A stretch of DNA of 32,000 nt from Synechococcus elongatus PCC 6301 (lineage in GTDB: Bacteria; Cyanobacteriota; Cyanobacteriia; Synechococcales; Synechococcaceae), in NCBI RefSeq assembly GCF_000010065.1, contig NC_006576.1, positions 2,220,001 to 2,252,000 of the forward strand. Reading direction: 5' to 3'. The notes beneath the pieces were generated by a model that saw only the letters and a program-made list of their open reading frames with translations, did not search any database and had not been told where the DNA came from. A program made the position numbers and the translations under genes. This document shows, piece after piece, positions 17,897 to 26,849 of the stretch (the first letter of the stretch is position 1; each line of letters begins with the position of its first letter).

Positions 17897-20665
17897 TCAG
17901 ACGAGCTGCCGCTCGACTCGCACGATGTTTTCGGTGAGATGCTCGAAGGTGTCGTCGTGGCTGATCACAAAGAGCTGCCGGAAGCTCTGAAGATTGCCGA
18001 TCGCATCTGCCAACTGGCGTCGCCGTTGTAAATCCATGTTGGTGGTTGGCTCATCAAAGAAAGCGATTGGGCATTGACCGATGACGCGCAGCAGCGCCAA
18101 GCGCACGGCGAGGGCTGCACACATCTGTTCGCCACCCGAGAGGGTTTTGAACGAGCGCCAGCGCCCGCTTTCCTGAACCCGAATTTCGTAGTCCTCTGTC
18201 CAGTCGAGGGCGACACCGGGACGGGCGAGTAGCTCGCGGTAGAGGCGATCGCCTTCGCGGCTGATTTCGCCGATAAAGTAGCGACTCAAGCGCGGGCCGC
18301 TCTGGTTATAAATCCGGCGCGCAGTTTCGATGAACTGGCCGATCGCCTGATGCTGTTCCAACTGCTGTTGTTGCTCCGCCAGTGTTTGGGCGGCAGCTTG
18401 GCGACGACCAATTTCAGTCTGCAATCGTTGCTGTTCTTGTTCTAAGCCAGGTAGGGCACCGGTGAGGCGCTGACATTCTCCTTCCAGTGCCTGCCAGGTT
18501 TGTTCCGCGGCAGAAAGGATAGCTAGATCAAGGGCTGGTTCAGCTGCGATCGCCTCTTGCAAGAGCTGCCATTGAGCCTGAAGTTGCGCCAGTTGCTCGC
18601 TGGTCTGCTGGAGCTGGGCTTCCCGTTCTGGCAGTTGTTGGCTGATCGACTCAGCTTGCAGGTAGCGCCGATAATCCTCGGCTGCTTGTTGGCGAGCTTG
18701 CTCCGCTTGATTGAGTTGCTCTTCGAGTTCAGCCAGGGCTTCGAGGCGATCGCGCAGCGGTTGAATCTGAGGTTGAAGCTGGGCTTGTTGGGCTTGATTT
18801 TGCTGGAGCTCACTTACGACCTTCGCGCTAGCTTGCAGTTGCGATCGCAATAGTTGTAGCTCCCGCCGCGGAGCGCCGAGCGCTTGTAACTCTGATTCGG
18901 TTTGGGCGATCGCGGTAATGACTGCAGGAGCCGCCTGTAGTTCCGTCGAGAGTTGGCGGCGTTCCTGCTCAAGTGACTGCTGTTCGGTCTGAAGTTTCTG
19001 CAGCTGCTGTTCCAACAATGTTTGCTGCTCGACCTGTTTTTCGAGGGCGCGGAGCTGGGCTAGCGTCTGCTGCTGTTGCTGCAACTGTTGGCTGAGAGCG
19101 ATGCGATCGCCGCCTCCCAGTTGAGCAAAAAAGGCCTGCTGATCGTCGAGTTGGCTGGCGAGTAGTTGTAGCCCTTGTTCTAGCGTCTCGCCAACCTGAG
19201 CTAAATGAGTTTGGTAGAGCGGTAGCGCAGTCTGTAGGTCTTGCAGTTGCGCCTGAGCTGCAGTGACGGCTTGCTGATGCTGGGCGATCGCAGCCGTGAA
19301 GGTCTCTAGCTGGGTTCGGCGATCTTGCGCGAGATTACCCAGCGTGTCGGCTCTAGCCAAGCGTGCCTGCAATTGCTCGATTTCAGCCTGGCAGCGGGGA
19401 AGTTCAGCTAGCTGTACTGCTAACCCCTGTAATTCGCTTAGCCGCTGTTGCAGGGACTGTTGTTCTGTCGCGATCGCTTTCAACCGTTGCTGGAGCCAAT
19501 GACGGCGTTGCTCCAGTTGACTCAGCGCCTGTTGCTGCTGCTGCTGTTGCCGAAGGGCTGCTTCTAGTTGCTCTTGTTGCTGAAGATCGGGTTGGCGCTG
19601 CTCGATCTGTCGTTGCCAATCGGCCTGCAAAGCGACCTGCTGCTCCAACCCTGCGGCGGTTTCCCGTAACTGGTTGAGCTGCTGCTGCCACTGACTGAGC
19701 TGGCGTCGCCCTTGTTCTCGCTGCCGCAGTTGTCCATTTAGAGCTTGAATCTGCTCCGTCAAGCTCTGATAGCGCTGCCATCCCTCTCGACTGGCGCCCA
19801 GGATCTGCTGCGCAGCGATCGCTTCATCCCGCGATCGAGCTTGGGCTTGCTGCTGCTGCTCCAAAGCCTGTCGTTGCACTTCGAGCTGTTGCCGCTGCTG
19901 TTGGCGCTGTTGCTGCTGTTGGGCTTGTTGTTTGATTTGTTGCAGATGGGTCAGCGCCTGCTGCCGCGCTTGCTGGCGTTGCCGTAGGAGCGATCGCTGC
20001 TGTTCTAGGCTCTGGCTGATCTCCTGAAGTTGCTGTTCCAGTGTTGGCAGATCCGCCACCTCCGCACTCAGGATGGCGACTTGTTGGGCGATCGCCTGCT
20101 GCTGGCCCTCGGCATAGCGCTGTAGGTCGATCGACTGGCGATGGGCATCTCGGTAGGATTCCAGACCGAGGATGGGATCAAAAATGCGGCGGCGATCGCT
20201 GGGTGTTTTCAGAAAATCAGCCGTAAACGTGCCCTGAGGAATGCCGATGACTTCCGCAAACAGCCGCGATAGATCCATCCCTGCTCGAAAGCCAAGATGG
20301 TCGCAGAGCCATAGCCGCGCTGCGCTGACATTCTCAAGGTTGTCCAGCTTCAACCCCAGCTCGGGATCGTAAATCTGGTAGCTGTCGGGGCGGTTTTTGA
20401 AGGAGCGCCGCTGCACCTCGTAATAGCGACCGTCGCGGGCCGACACCAGCCCAACGGTGACGCTGGTATTACTCTCGCCCTGCCGCCGCAACTCTTCCTT
20501 GCGATAGCCACTGTCAAAGTCAAAGAGGGTCCAGGCGATCGCCTCAAGAATTGAGGTTTTGCCGGCCCCATTTTCGCCACAGATGGCATTGACGCCCAGC
20601 CGGAACTCAAACGCAGCTTCGGCATGGGTTTTGAAGTTGCGTAGACTGACCGAGCGAATTTCCAT
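17897..20665 (-). CDS. Rad50/SbcC-like SMC-family ATPase
   Basis: 922 aa; Walker A GENGAGKTS, signature KTLSGGEQMCAALAVRLALL, Walker B PIAFFDEPTTNMD, with a long Gln/Leu/Arg-rich coiled coil between. Confidence 0.88.
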   Translation of the reverse strand: MEIRSVSLRNFKTHAEAAFEFRLGVNAICGENGAGKTSILEAIAWTLFDFDSGYRKEELRRQGESNTSVTVGLVSARDGRYYEVQRRSFKNRPDSYQIYDPELGLKLDNLENVSAARLWLCDHLGFRAGMDLSRLFAEVIGIPQGTFTADFLKTPSDRRRIFDPILGLESYRDAHRQSIDLQRYAEGQQQAIAQQVAILSAEVADLPTLEQQLQEISQSLEQQRSLLRQRQQARQQALTHLQQIKQQAQQQQQRQQQRQQLEVQRQALEQQQQAQARSRDEAIAAQQILGASREGWQRYQSLTEQIQALNGQLRQREQGRRQLSQWQQQLNQLRETAAGLEQQVALQADWQRQIEQRQPDLQQQEQLEAALRQQQQQQQALSQLEQRRHWLQQRLKAIATEQQSLQQRLSELQGLAVQLAELPRCQAEIEQLQARLARADTLGNLAQDRRTQLETFTAAIAQHQQAVTAAQAQLQDLQTALPLYQTHLAQVGETLEQGLQLLASQLDDQQAFFAQLGGGDRIALSQQLQQQQQTLAQLRALEKQVEQQTLLEQQLQKLQTEQQSLEQERRQLSTELQAAPAVITAIAQTESELQALGAPRRELQLLRSQLQASAKVVSELQQNQAQQAQLQPQIQPLRDRLEALAELEEQLNQAEQARQQAAEDYRRYLQAESISQQLPEREAQLQQTSEQLAQLQAQWQLLQEAIAAEPALDLAILSAAEQTWQALEGECQRLTGALPGLEQEQQRLQTEIGRRQAAAQTLAEQQQQLEQHQAIGQFIETARRIYNQSGPRLSRYFIGEISREGDRLYRELLARPGVALDWTEDYEIRVQESGRWRSFKTLSGGEQMCAALAVRLALLRVIGQCPIAFFDEPTTNMDLQRRRQLADAIGNLQSFRQLFVISHDDTFEHLTENIVRVERQLV

Positions 20666-20676
20666 AGCAACGGATT

Positions 20677-21183
20677 TTAGCCGCCGTAGTTCCAGCCGGT
20701 GCTTTCCAGCGTCAGCAGGTCCCCCTCGCTGTGTAAGCCTGCAGCAATCACTTCACCGACGAAAACCGTGTGATCCCCGTGCTCAACCTTGCCGACTACA
20801 CGGCATTCGACGTAGCCCAGGGCCTCTTCCAAAATTGGGCAACCGGTGGCTTCGCCGAGGTAGGCGTTGACCGTTTCAAATTTATTGGCAACCAAGCGCT
20901 GCGGCTTAAAGAATTGAGCGGCCAGATCCTTCTGGCCTGCTTCCAAGAAGCTCAAGCTGAAGACGCCGCTTGCCGAGAGCATGGCATGGGAGCGCGAGTC
21001 GGATTTGACACAGTTGATCACTAAGGGCGGCTGGAACGAGCCCTGCATCACCCAGCTGGCAGTAAAGCCGTTGATCTCCTCGCCATCCTTGACGCCGCAA
21101 ACGTAAAGACCATGCGGAATTTTGCGCAGCAAGGTCTTTTTAGCTTGTTCGTCCAACATCGGGTGGCTCTCCAACGCGCTCAT
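20677..21183 (-). CDS. Flavin reductase-like domain protein
   Basis: LLRKIPHGLYVCGVKDGEEINGFTASWVMQGSFQPPLVINCVKSDSRSHAMLSASGVFSLSFL...EGDLLTLESTGWNYGG. Start placed at MSALESHPMLDEQAKK. Confidence 0.85.
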   Translation of the reverse strand: MSALESHPMLDEQAKKTLLRKIPHGLYVCGVKDGEEINGFTASWVMQGSFQPPLVINCVKSDSRSHAMLSASGVFSLSFLEAGQKDLAAQFFKPQRLVANKFETVNAYLGEATGCPILEEALGYVECRVVGKVEHGDHTVFVGEVIAAGLHSEGDLLTLESTGWNYGG

Positions 21184-21248
21184 CTGTATCCCAGTGTAGA
21201 ATCCGCGGGGCTGTGGGCTAAGATTGAGCCACCGCAACGAGTCCTGTT

Positions 21249-21749
21249 TTGAACGCCATCTATCCTGGCAGTTTCGATCCAATCACCTTTGGCCACCTCG
21301 ACATCATTGAGCGCGGCTGTCGCCTCTTTGACCAGGTCTACGTAGCAGTCTTACGCAACCCCAACAAGCAGCCAATGTTCTCGGTGCAGGAGCGCTTGGA
21401 ACAAATTGCCAAGGCGATCGCTCATCTACCGAATGCTCAAGTAGATAGTTTTGAAGGCTTGACGGTCAACTATGCGCGCCAACGCCAAGCCGGTGCCATT
21501 CTGCGCGGCCTGCGGGTGCTCTCCGACTTTGAGCTGGAGTTGCAGATGGCGAATACGAATAAAACGTTGGCGAGTGATTTGGAAACGGTGTTTCTGACAA
21601 CATCAACGGAATACAGTTTCCTCAGTAGCAGCCTTGTGAAAGAGGTGGCGCGCTTTGGGGGCAATGTTGAACATTTCGTGCCCAGCCATGTGGCAGCCGC
21701 CCTTTATGATCAGTTTCACCCTGTTGTAGAGCGCGATCGCCTGACGTGA
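21249..21749 (+). CDS. coaD: Phosphopantetheine adenylyltransferase
   Basis: [23 protein letters not shown]...[54 protein letters not shown]. Probable TTG start. Confidence 0.97.
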   Translation: MNAIYPGSFDPITFGHLDIIERGCRLFDQVYVAVLRNPNKQPMFSVQERLEQIAKAIAHLPNAQVDSFEGLTVNYARQRQAGAILRGLRVLSDFELELQMANTNKTLASDLETVFLTTSTEYSFLSSSLVKEVARFGGNVEHFVPSHVAAALYDQFHPVVERDRLT

Positions 21750-22432
21750 CCCAAGCCCAATCACTCGATGTCTTGAACTTGCTAGAGCAGCTCGAAGAGT
21801 CTGTGCTCGACGGGACTCGCGTGCCGCTTTCGGGGCGCATTCTGGTTCGAGAAAACGACCTGCTCGACCTGTTAGATGACGTGCGTGCCGGGTTGCCCGC
21901 TGCGATTCAACAAGCTCAGCAAATCCTCGAGCGCCAAGCCCAAATTTTGGCTGACGCCCAACAGCAAGCACAGGCGATCGTGGCGCAGGCGCAGCAAGAA
22001 CGGGCCCTGCTGATTGACCAAAACAGTATTCGGCTTCAAGCTGAGCGCGATGCGCAGCAGCTCCGCCAAACCCTTCAACAGGAATGTGATGCCCTTCGGC
22101 AACAGGCGATCGCGGAAGCAACACAAGTGCGGGGCGAGGCCCAACAGTTCCAGCTCCAAGTCCGCCAGGAAACCGACAGTCTTCGCCAGCAGACCCAAGC
22201 CGAAATCGAGCAGCTGCGCAGCCAAACTCAACAGCAGCTATCTGAGCAGCGCCAAAGGATTTTGGTCGAATGTGAGGAGTTGCGGCGGGGTGCTGACAGC
22301 TATGCTGACCAAGTTCTGCGGGACATGGAGCAGCGATTGACCCAGATGATGCAGATCATCCGCAATGGTCGTCAGGCCCTGAACTTGAGCGAAAATACGC
22401 CGCCCCCTGCTCCCCGTCGGCGATCGCGCTAA
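21746..22432 (+). CDS. cdv3: DivIVA-like / Cdv3-type coiled-coil protein
   Basis: GTG start overlapping the coaD stop (GTGA). [54 protein letters not shown] with long coiled coil. The coaD-cdv3 neighbourhood is recalled from other cyanobacteria and was not checked here. Confidence 0.7.
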   Translation: MTQAQSLDVLNLLEQLEESVLDGTRVPLSGRILVRENDLLDLLDDVRAGLPAAIQQAQQILERQAQILADAQQQAQAIVAQAQQERALLIDQNSIRLQAERDAQQLRQTLQQECDALRQQAIAEATQVRGEAQQFQLQVRQETDSLRQQTQAEIEQLRSQTQQQLSEQRQRILVECEELRRGADSYADQVLRDMEQRLTQMMQIIRNGRQALNLSENTPPPAPRRRSR

Positions 22433-22580
22433 TTGACGACTACTCGGCTGCATCGGCCTGTAGCGGTGAGACACCCACAGACTCTGCCGGGGTACCCAAG
22501 GTAGTTGAATGGTTCGTACGGTCCAACACCGTCCTCAAGGATAAAGCTCGTATCCCAGTGTTTGGGGCCAGACGAGAGGC

Positions 22581-23402
22581 TTAAATCCGCTGAATCAAAA
22601 TCGGTTTGGCAAGGTGCTTTTGAGGGGCCTTTGCGTTCTCAATCGTGACGGCGACAGCTTGGACTAAACCGCGATCGCGAAAAACGGGCGGTACTGCAAT
22701 GCGCTGGCTGAATTGACCTTGAGCATCGACGCGGAACACTTGGGTCAGGATCGCATCTTTGTCATCAGTCGTGACTGGGGCATTGGGTTTCACCACCGTC
22801 CAGAGCACGTAGACTTCGCCGTCCGCTAAGGGCGGCAAGTTTTTGATGTCGAGGGTCGCTTCCAAATCCTTGGGATCGACAACCACCTGCACAGATGCAT
22901 CTGGGCTGGGCGCGAGGGGTGTGCGCTCGAGGGTGAACACCAGTGGATTTTGATCGGTTGTCCGGCGGCTGACCTGGAGGGATTGTAGGGACTGCCAGAG
23001 AATGATGTTGCTGATGCCTAAGCCGGCAATGACGACAGCCGCCGCAGCGCCGAGTCCCCGTCGCCAACGACTCAGAGGAATGACATTGCTGGGGGCTGGA
23101 CTCGCAGGAATTGATGGAAGAACGGCAGGTCCAGACTCGGGAGTGCGATCGCTGGCTACTGCTGCCTGTTGCAGGACTTCGGCGGCACTCAGAATGGATT
23201 GCTTGAGATAGGTCGGCGGCGCTTGTTCCTCGATGCCAAAGCTTTGCTCGAGGGCTATTTGAGCCTCGCTGACCGCAACCCACAGGTCTGGATCGTCCTG
23301 CAGGAGTTGCTCCAACTCGTCGGCTTCCTCTGGGCTCAGATCCCCAAGGACGTACCCTGCAACGAGTAGCTCAATTTGTTCGGGCGTAACAGGAGCAGTC
23401 AT
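22581..23402 (-). CDS. Anti-sigma factor, RskA-like, single TM
   Basis: N-terminal ELLVAGYVLGDLSPEEADELEQLLQDDPDL, central TM GLGAAAAVVIAGLGISNIILW, C-terminal RskA-like LEATLDIKNLPPLADGEVYVLWTV. Starts 9 nt after the sigma gene's stop. Confidence 0.82.
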   Translation of the reverse strand: MTAPVTPEQIELLVAGYVLGDLSPEEADELEQLLQDDPDLWVAVSEAQIALEQSFGIEEQAPPTYLKQSILSAAEVLQQAAVASDRTPESGPAVLPSIPASPAPSNVIPLSRWRRGLGAAAAVVIAGLGISNIILWQSLQSLQVSRRTTDQNPLVFTLERTPLAPSPDASVQVVVDPKDLEATLDIKNLPPLADGEVYVLWTVVKPNAPVTTDDKDAILTQVFRVDAQGQFSQRIAVPPVFRDRGLVQAVAVTIENAKAPQKHLAKPILIQRI

Positions 23403-23411
23403 GACAGGAAC

Positions 23412-24002
23412 TCAGCTCAGATCATCTTGAAGCATTTGCCTTAACTTGAGCAGGCCGCGGCGGGCTCTTGCTTTGATCGTTCCCAACGGTTCACTGAGGC
23501 GTTCTGCAATATCCGATTGGGACAACCCTTCGTAGTAGGCCAGTCGCAACACTTGTTGTTGGCTCTCCGGCAGCTGTGCTAGGGCCTTCTGGACTTCTGC
23601 ACTGGTTTCTGCGGCCCCCAAACTGGCAATTGGGGGATCCTCCGTCGCTTCTTGTTTGACCTGGTTTTGCACACGCTCGATCGCTGAAGCTTGGGTGCGC
23701 CGCGATCGCAATCGATCGATGGCTCGCGAACGTGTCAGTACGGCTAAATAAGTCCTGAGGGATCCGCGTTTGGAATCGTAGTGAGAGTGCTGGCGATCGA
23801 CTAAGCGAATAAAAATATCTTGGGTGAGATCCTCTGCCTCTTGAGGATTGCCTAAAACCTGCATGGCGATGCCGTAGACCAGACCGGCATGGCGATCGTA
23901 CAGACGTGCAAGGGCCGCGACCTGCCCCTGTTGGAGCTCTGACCACAGATCTTGATCGTCGCTGTTGGAAGTGCCAGTTGGACTGGAGAATCCAAGGCTC
24001 AT
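23412..24002 (-). CDS. ECF-type RNA polymerase sigma factor
   Basis: Region 2 GNPQEAEDLTQDIFIRLVD...GSLRTYLAVLTRSRAIDRLRSRR; region 4 QKALAQLPESQQQVLRLAYYEGLSQSDIAERLSEPLGTIKARARRGLLKLRQ. Confidence 0.93.
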   Translation of the reverse strand: MSLGFSSPTGTSNSDDQDLWSELQQGQVAALARLYDRHAGLVYGIAMQVLGNPQEAEDLTQDIFIRLVDRQHSHYDSKRGSLRTYLAVLTRSRAIDRLRSRRTQASAIERVQNQVKQEATEDPPIASLGAAETSAEVQKALAQLPESQQQVLRLAYYEGLSQSDIAERLSEPLGTIKARARRGLLKLRQMLQDDLS

Positions 24003-24223
24003 AACTGAGAGCTTGGTGAATCAGTCCTGAAAATATAACACTGAAAACTTCACTGTTTATTCCATTGCAATCGCTATCAAAAGCGGGCCACGACTGGACG
24101 GTTTGTCGCTGTTGTTGAGAGGGATCCTCAAGAATTGAGTTCATGAGTGTTAGCGATCCCTCTCCCAAAACATTAGGTCTGACAGCAGCAACTCAGGTTA
24201 CTTACTGGGTCAGGACGATCGCG

Positions 24224-24880
24224 CTACGAGCTGGGCATCAACACGCCCCGCAGTTCGCCGCCGCGGTTGCGAGTGGTGTGAATGTCGAAGTAGATCAGGC
24301 CATCTGCCAGTGCTTGCTTCTGTTCCGGCGACAACGTCAGTTCCCCCGCTGCGGAACCGCTGGTTCCTGAAGGGTCTAGGGTGACGACCAAAGCGTACTG
24401 AAAGGGGCTATTTTGATTGGCATTGCCCCGATGCAGGTGGAAGCCCGAGGTGATGTTGGGGTTGGGCGGGCTGACGGGATCCTTCGCATAGTCGCGAAAG
24501 GCACTGGAAAGATCGCGGAAGTTAGCGCGGATCACCAAGCGATCGCCGACTAATACGGCACCCACCACGGCTCTAGCTGGTGTTTCAGGTGCTGTGGGGA
24601 CAACTTCGCGCGGCGTCAGGATGGCAATGTAGGTTTGGCGCATCTCGCCAGCATTGGCTTGGGCAAGCGGGCTGGATTCTGCTTGGCTGAGGGTAGCCTG
24701 TAAGTCTGCGAGCAAGGTTGGTCGGCTCGAGGATTGCGATCGCGCAGTCTCCATCAAGGGCGTTGGCTGGGAGACTGTTGCCCGCACGGGCCTTGGGAAC
24801 GTCGTGTGCAGACCAGTGAGCAAGAGACAGGTGCCTAGCGCGATCGCGATCGACCGTAGGCGGAGTCTAGGGATCAGCAT
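24224..24880 (-). CDS. CHRD domain-containing exported protein
   Basis: Signal-like MLIPRLRLRSIAIALGTCLLLTG; CHRD motifs FHLHRGNANQNSPFQYALV...LTLSPEQKQALADGLIYFDIHTTRNRGGELRGVL. Confidence 0.85.
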   Translation of the reverse strand: MLIPRLRLRSIAIALGTCLLLTGLHTTFPRPVRATVSQPTPLMETARSQSSSRPTLLADLQATLSQAESSPLAQANAGEMRQTYIAILTPREVVPTAPETPARAVVGAVLVGDRLVIRANFRDLSSAFRDYAKDPVSPPNPNITSGFHLHRGNANQNSPFQYALVVTLDPSGTSGSAAGELTLSPEQKQALADGLIYFDIHTTRNRGGELRGVLMPSS

Positions 24881-24984
24881 TGGGAAAAAACCTGAATGGA
24901 TAGGGCTCGTGGGGTTGAGTGCTCTAAGCAGACTCATAGGGGGTACGAACCCAATTCGGTTTTGGATGCATCGATCGCTGGCAA

Positions 24985-25695
24985 TTAATCCGAACGAGTT
25001 GCGGTGACAGGGGGTTGCGATCGCCGACGAGGCTTGGGCCGAGAGGGGACCAGCAGTTCTGCCTCAACAATCCGCAACTGACCGTACCGAGTCACCTCGC
25101 AGTCAAACTGCCACCACCCTGGACGCAGTTGCTCAGGTGCCCCGCGCAATTGCAGTCGTTTGATTTTCCAGGCTGGCTTGTCGATCTGTCCGGGTGGCGC
25201 GGCCTCATTGCGACCAATCCAGACCTGCACGGCCCCGTTTTGATCCTTCCAGCTTTTGACAAAACCGCAGATCCGTACCCGACCAGCTTGTAGATCTGCG
25301 GGAGCCTGATTTTGCCAGCCCCGCAACCAAAATTGCAGATGCTTGTGGCGTTGCAGCGGCCAGCTGACCCAGTAGTGAGGGGTTTGCATGAGCTGCTGCA
25401 GCTGCTGGGGATGGCGTTGTAGGGTCGCTTGCACCAATCCACTCAGCGCTACATTCAGGCTGTGATTGTCCGTAATCTGCAGAGTGGCTGTTTCTCCCTG
25501 TTGGTCCCAAGCCAAGCTGCCTTGGAAACAAGCAACCGCCCGATAGGTGACGCTGTCGGGCTTCGGGGGCAGTTCCGTGCGGCGGGGTGGCTTGCGGCTG
25601 GGACGCGATCGCGACGCAGCAGGGCTAGAACGGGTGATCGGTCGCGCAGGGCGTGGACGACCACTCGGCAAAGGGGATGGGGGAGGCGTAGCCAT
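24985..25695 (-). CDS. Hypothetical protein
   Basis: Start placed at MATPPPSPLPSGRPRPARP (25695). Pro/Arg-rich N-terminus, then a folded-looking region AVACFQGSLAWDQQGETATLQITDNHSLNVALSGLVQATLQRHPQQLQQLMQTPHYWVSWPLQRHKHLQFWLRG. Confidence 0.7.
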   Translation of the reverse strand: MATPPPSPLPSGRPRPARPITRSSPAASRSRPSRKPPRRTELPPKPDSVTYRAVACFQGSLAWDQQGETATLQITDNHSLNVALSGLVQATLQRHPQQLQQLMQTPHYWVSWPLQRHKHLQFWLRGWQNQAPADLQAGRVRICGFVKSWKDQNGAVQVWIGRNEAAPPGQIDKPAWKIKRLQLRGAPEQLRPGWWQFDCEVTRYGQLRIVEAELLVPSRPKPRRRSQPPVTATRSD

Positions 25696-25866
25696 GGATG
25701 GCACTGGGCAAGGGCGATCACTGTTATTCTGGCGGCTCCCGCTCGACTTGCCCGTACTCTTTAATTTGTTTTGGGCTAAATATCGGGCCAAGTCTGCTTG
25801 GGCAGCGGATCTCTGGATCCATCCCAGCCCAATTGCTAACCTGCTCTCTACCCCGTGGTTCCGATG

Positions 25867-26682
25867 AGTGACGTAGACGCTTCTACCCCCTCGGCAGAGG
25901 AGGCGATCGCACCTGACATCGACAGTGACAGCGATGCGGCAGTTGAGCCACCTGCTGCTGAACCCGCGATCGCACCGCCAATCCAGCTCGAAGCGGAGGG
26001 CGATCGCTGGTGGTTGAGGCTGCCAAGTGCACCCCCGGTTGGTCAAGAAGCCAATGCGGACGGCTTGACTTGGCTAGATTTGCAACAGTCGCTCCAACAA
26101 TTGCTGCAAGGTCAGGAAAACTTCTGGGATGCGGGAGCTGAGCTCCACCTCTTTGCCGATAGTTGGCTACTGGATGGGCGTCAGTTGGAATGGCTAAGCC
26201 AGCAGCTAGCGCGGGCTGACCTGAAATTGACACGGATCACAACCCAGCGCCGGCAGACGGCAGTGGCAGCCGTGAGCCTTGGGCTCTCGATTGAACAGCC
26301 AATCACCCAGGCCGATCCTTGGCAGCGCAAGACCTCGACCAGCCCCATTGCCGCGCCGCTCTACCTCAAACGCACCCTGCGATCGGGAGCTGAGGTACGC
26401 CATAACGGCTCAGTGATTGTGGTGGGAGATGTCAACCCCGGCAGCAGCATTGTGGCCAGTGGCGACATTCTTGTTTGGGGTAACCTGCGGGGCATTGCCC
26501 ATGCGGGGGCTGCCGGTAATTCAGACGCGACAATTTTTGCCCTGTCGCTGGCGGCCACCCAACTGCGGATTGGCGATCGTCTAGCCAGACTGCCCAGTAG
26601 CCAAGCAGCCGGCTATCCCGAAACGGCCCAAGTGATTGATGGTCAAATTCAGATTCGCCGCGCCGATCCTGGCGGGAAGTAG
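25867..26682 (+). CDS. minC: Septum site-determining protein MinC
   Basis: C-terminal MinC signature LKRTLRSGAEVRHNGSVIVVGDVNPGSSIVASGDILVWGNLRGIAHAGAAGNSDATIFALSLAATQLRIG. Start ATG 25867 or GTG 25855. Confidence 0.93.
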   Translation, partial: SDVDASTPSAEEAIAPDIDSDSDAAVEPPAAEPAIAPPIQLEAEGDRWWLRLPSAPPVGQEANADGLTWLDLQQSLQQLLQGQENFWDAGAELHLFADSWLLDGRQLEWLSQQLARADLKLTRITTQRRQTAVAAVSLGLSIEQPITQADPWQRKTSTSPIAAPLYLKRTLRSGAEVRHNGSVIVVGDVNPGSSIVASGDILVWGNLRGIAHAGAAGNSDATIFALSLAATQLRIGDRLARLPSSQAAGYPETAQVIDGQIQIRRADPGGK

Positions 26683-26849
26683 GGGCACATCTTGAGACGA
26701 TCGCCCGATGCGACCGCTTCGCGGAGTGAACCTTCGACTGAACCTTAGCGCCCGCCAAAATGCAAAACTGACAGAGAGCCTGTCCTGCTCTGTCCTACTT
26801 CCGTTTCAATACTGTTTCACCTGCAAAGGTGCTTTTCCTAGGTTGGCAG

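Noticed and set aside
19404-19781. 125 aa minus-strand-frame ORF inside the SbcC-like gene (alternative frame)
   Set aside because: Ala/Thr/Ser-rich translation of a repetitive CAG-type coil region; low-complexity artefact.
23491-24168. 225 aa minus-strand ORF in another frame over the ECF sigma gene
   Set aside because: The 23412-24002 frame has unambiguous sigma region 2 and 4 motifs; this is an out-of-frame shadow.
26690-26760. Possible short repeat (GATGCGACCGCTTCGCGGAGTG) between minC and the FHA-PBP gene
   Set aside because: Seen once in the window; the internal CCGC-TTC-GCGG hairpin is only 4 bp; no support for a repeat family or element.
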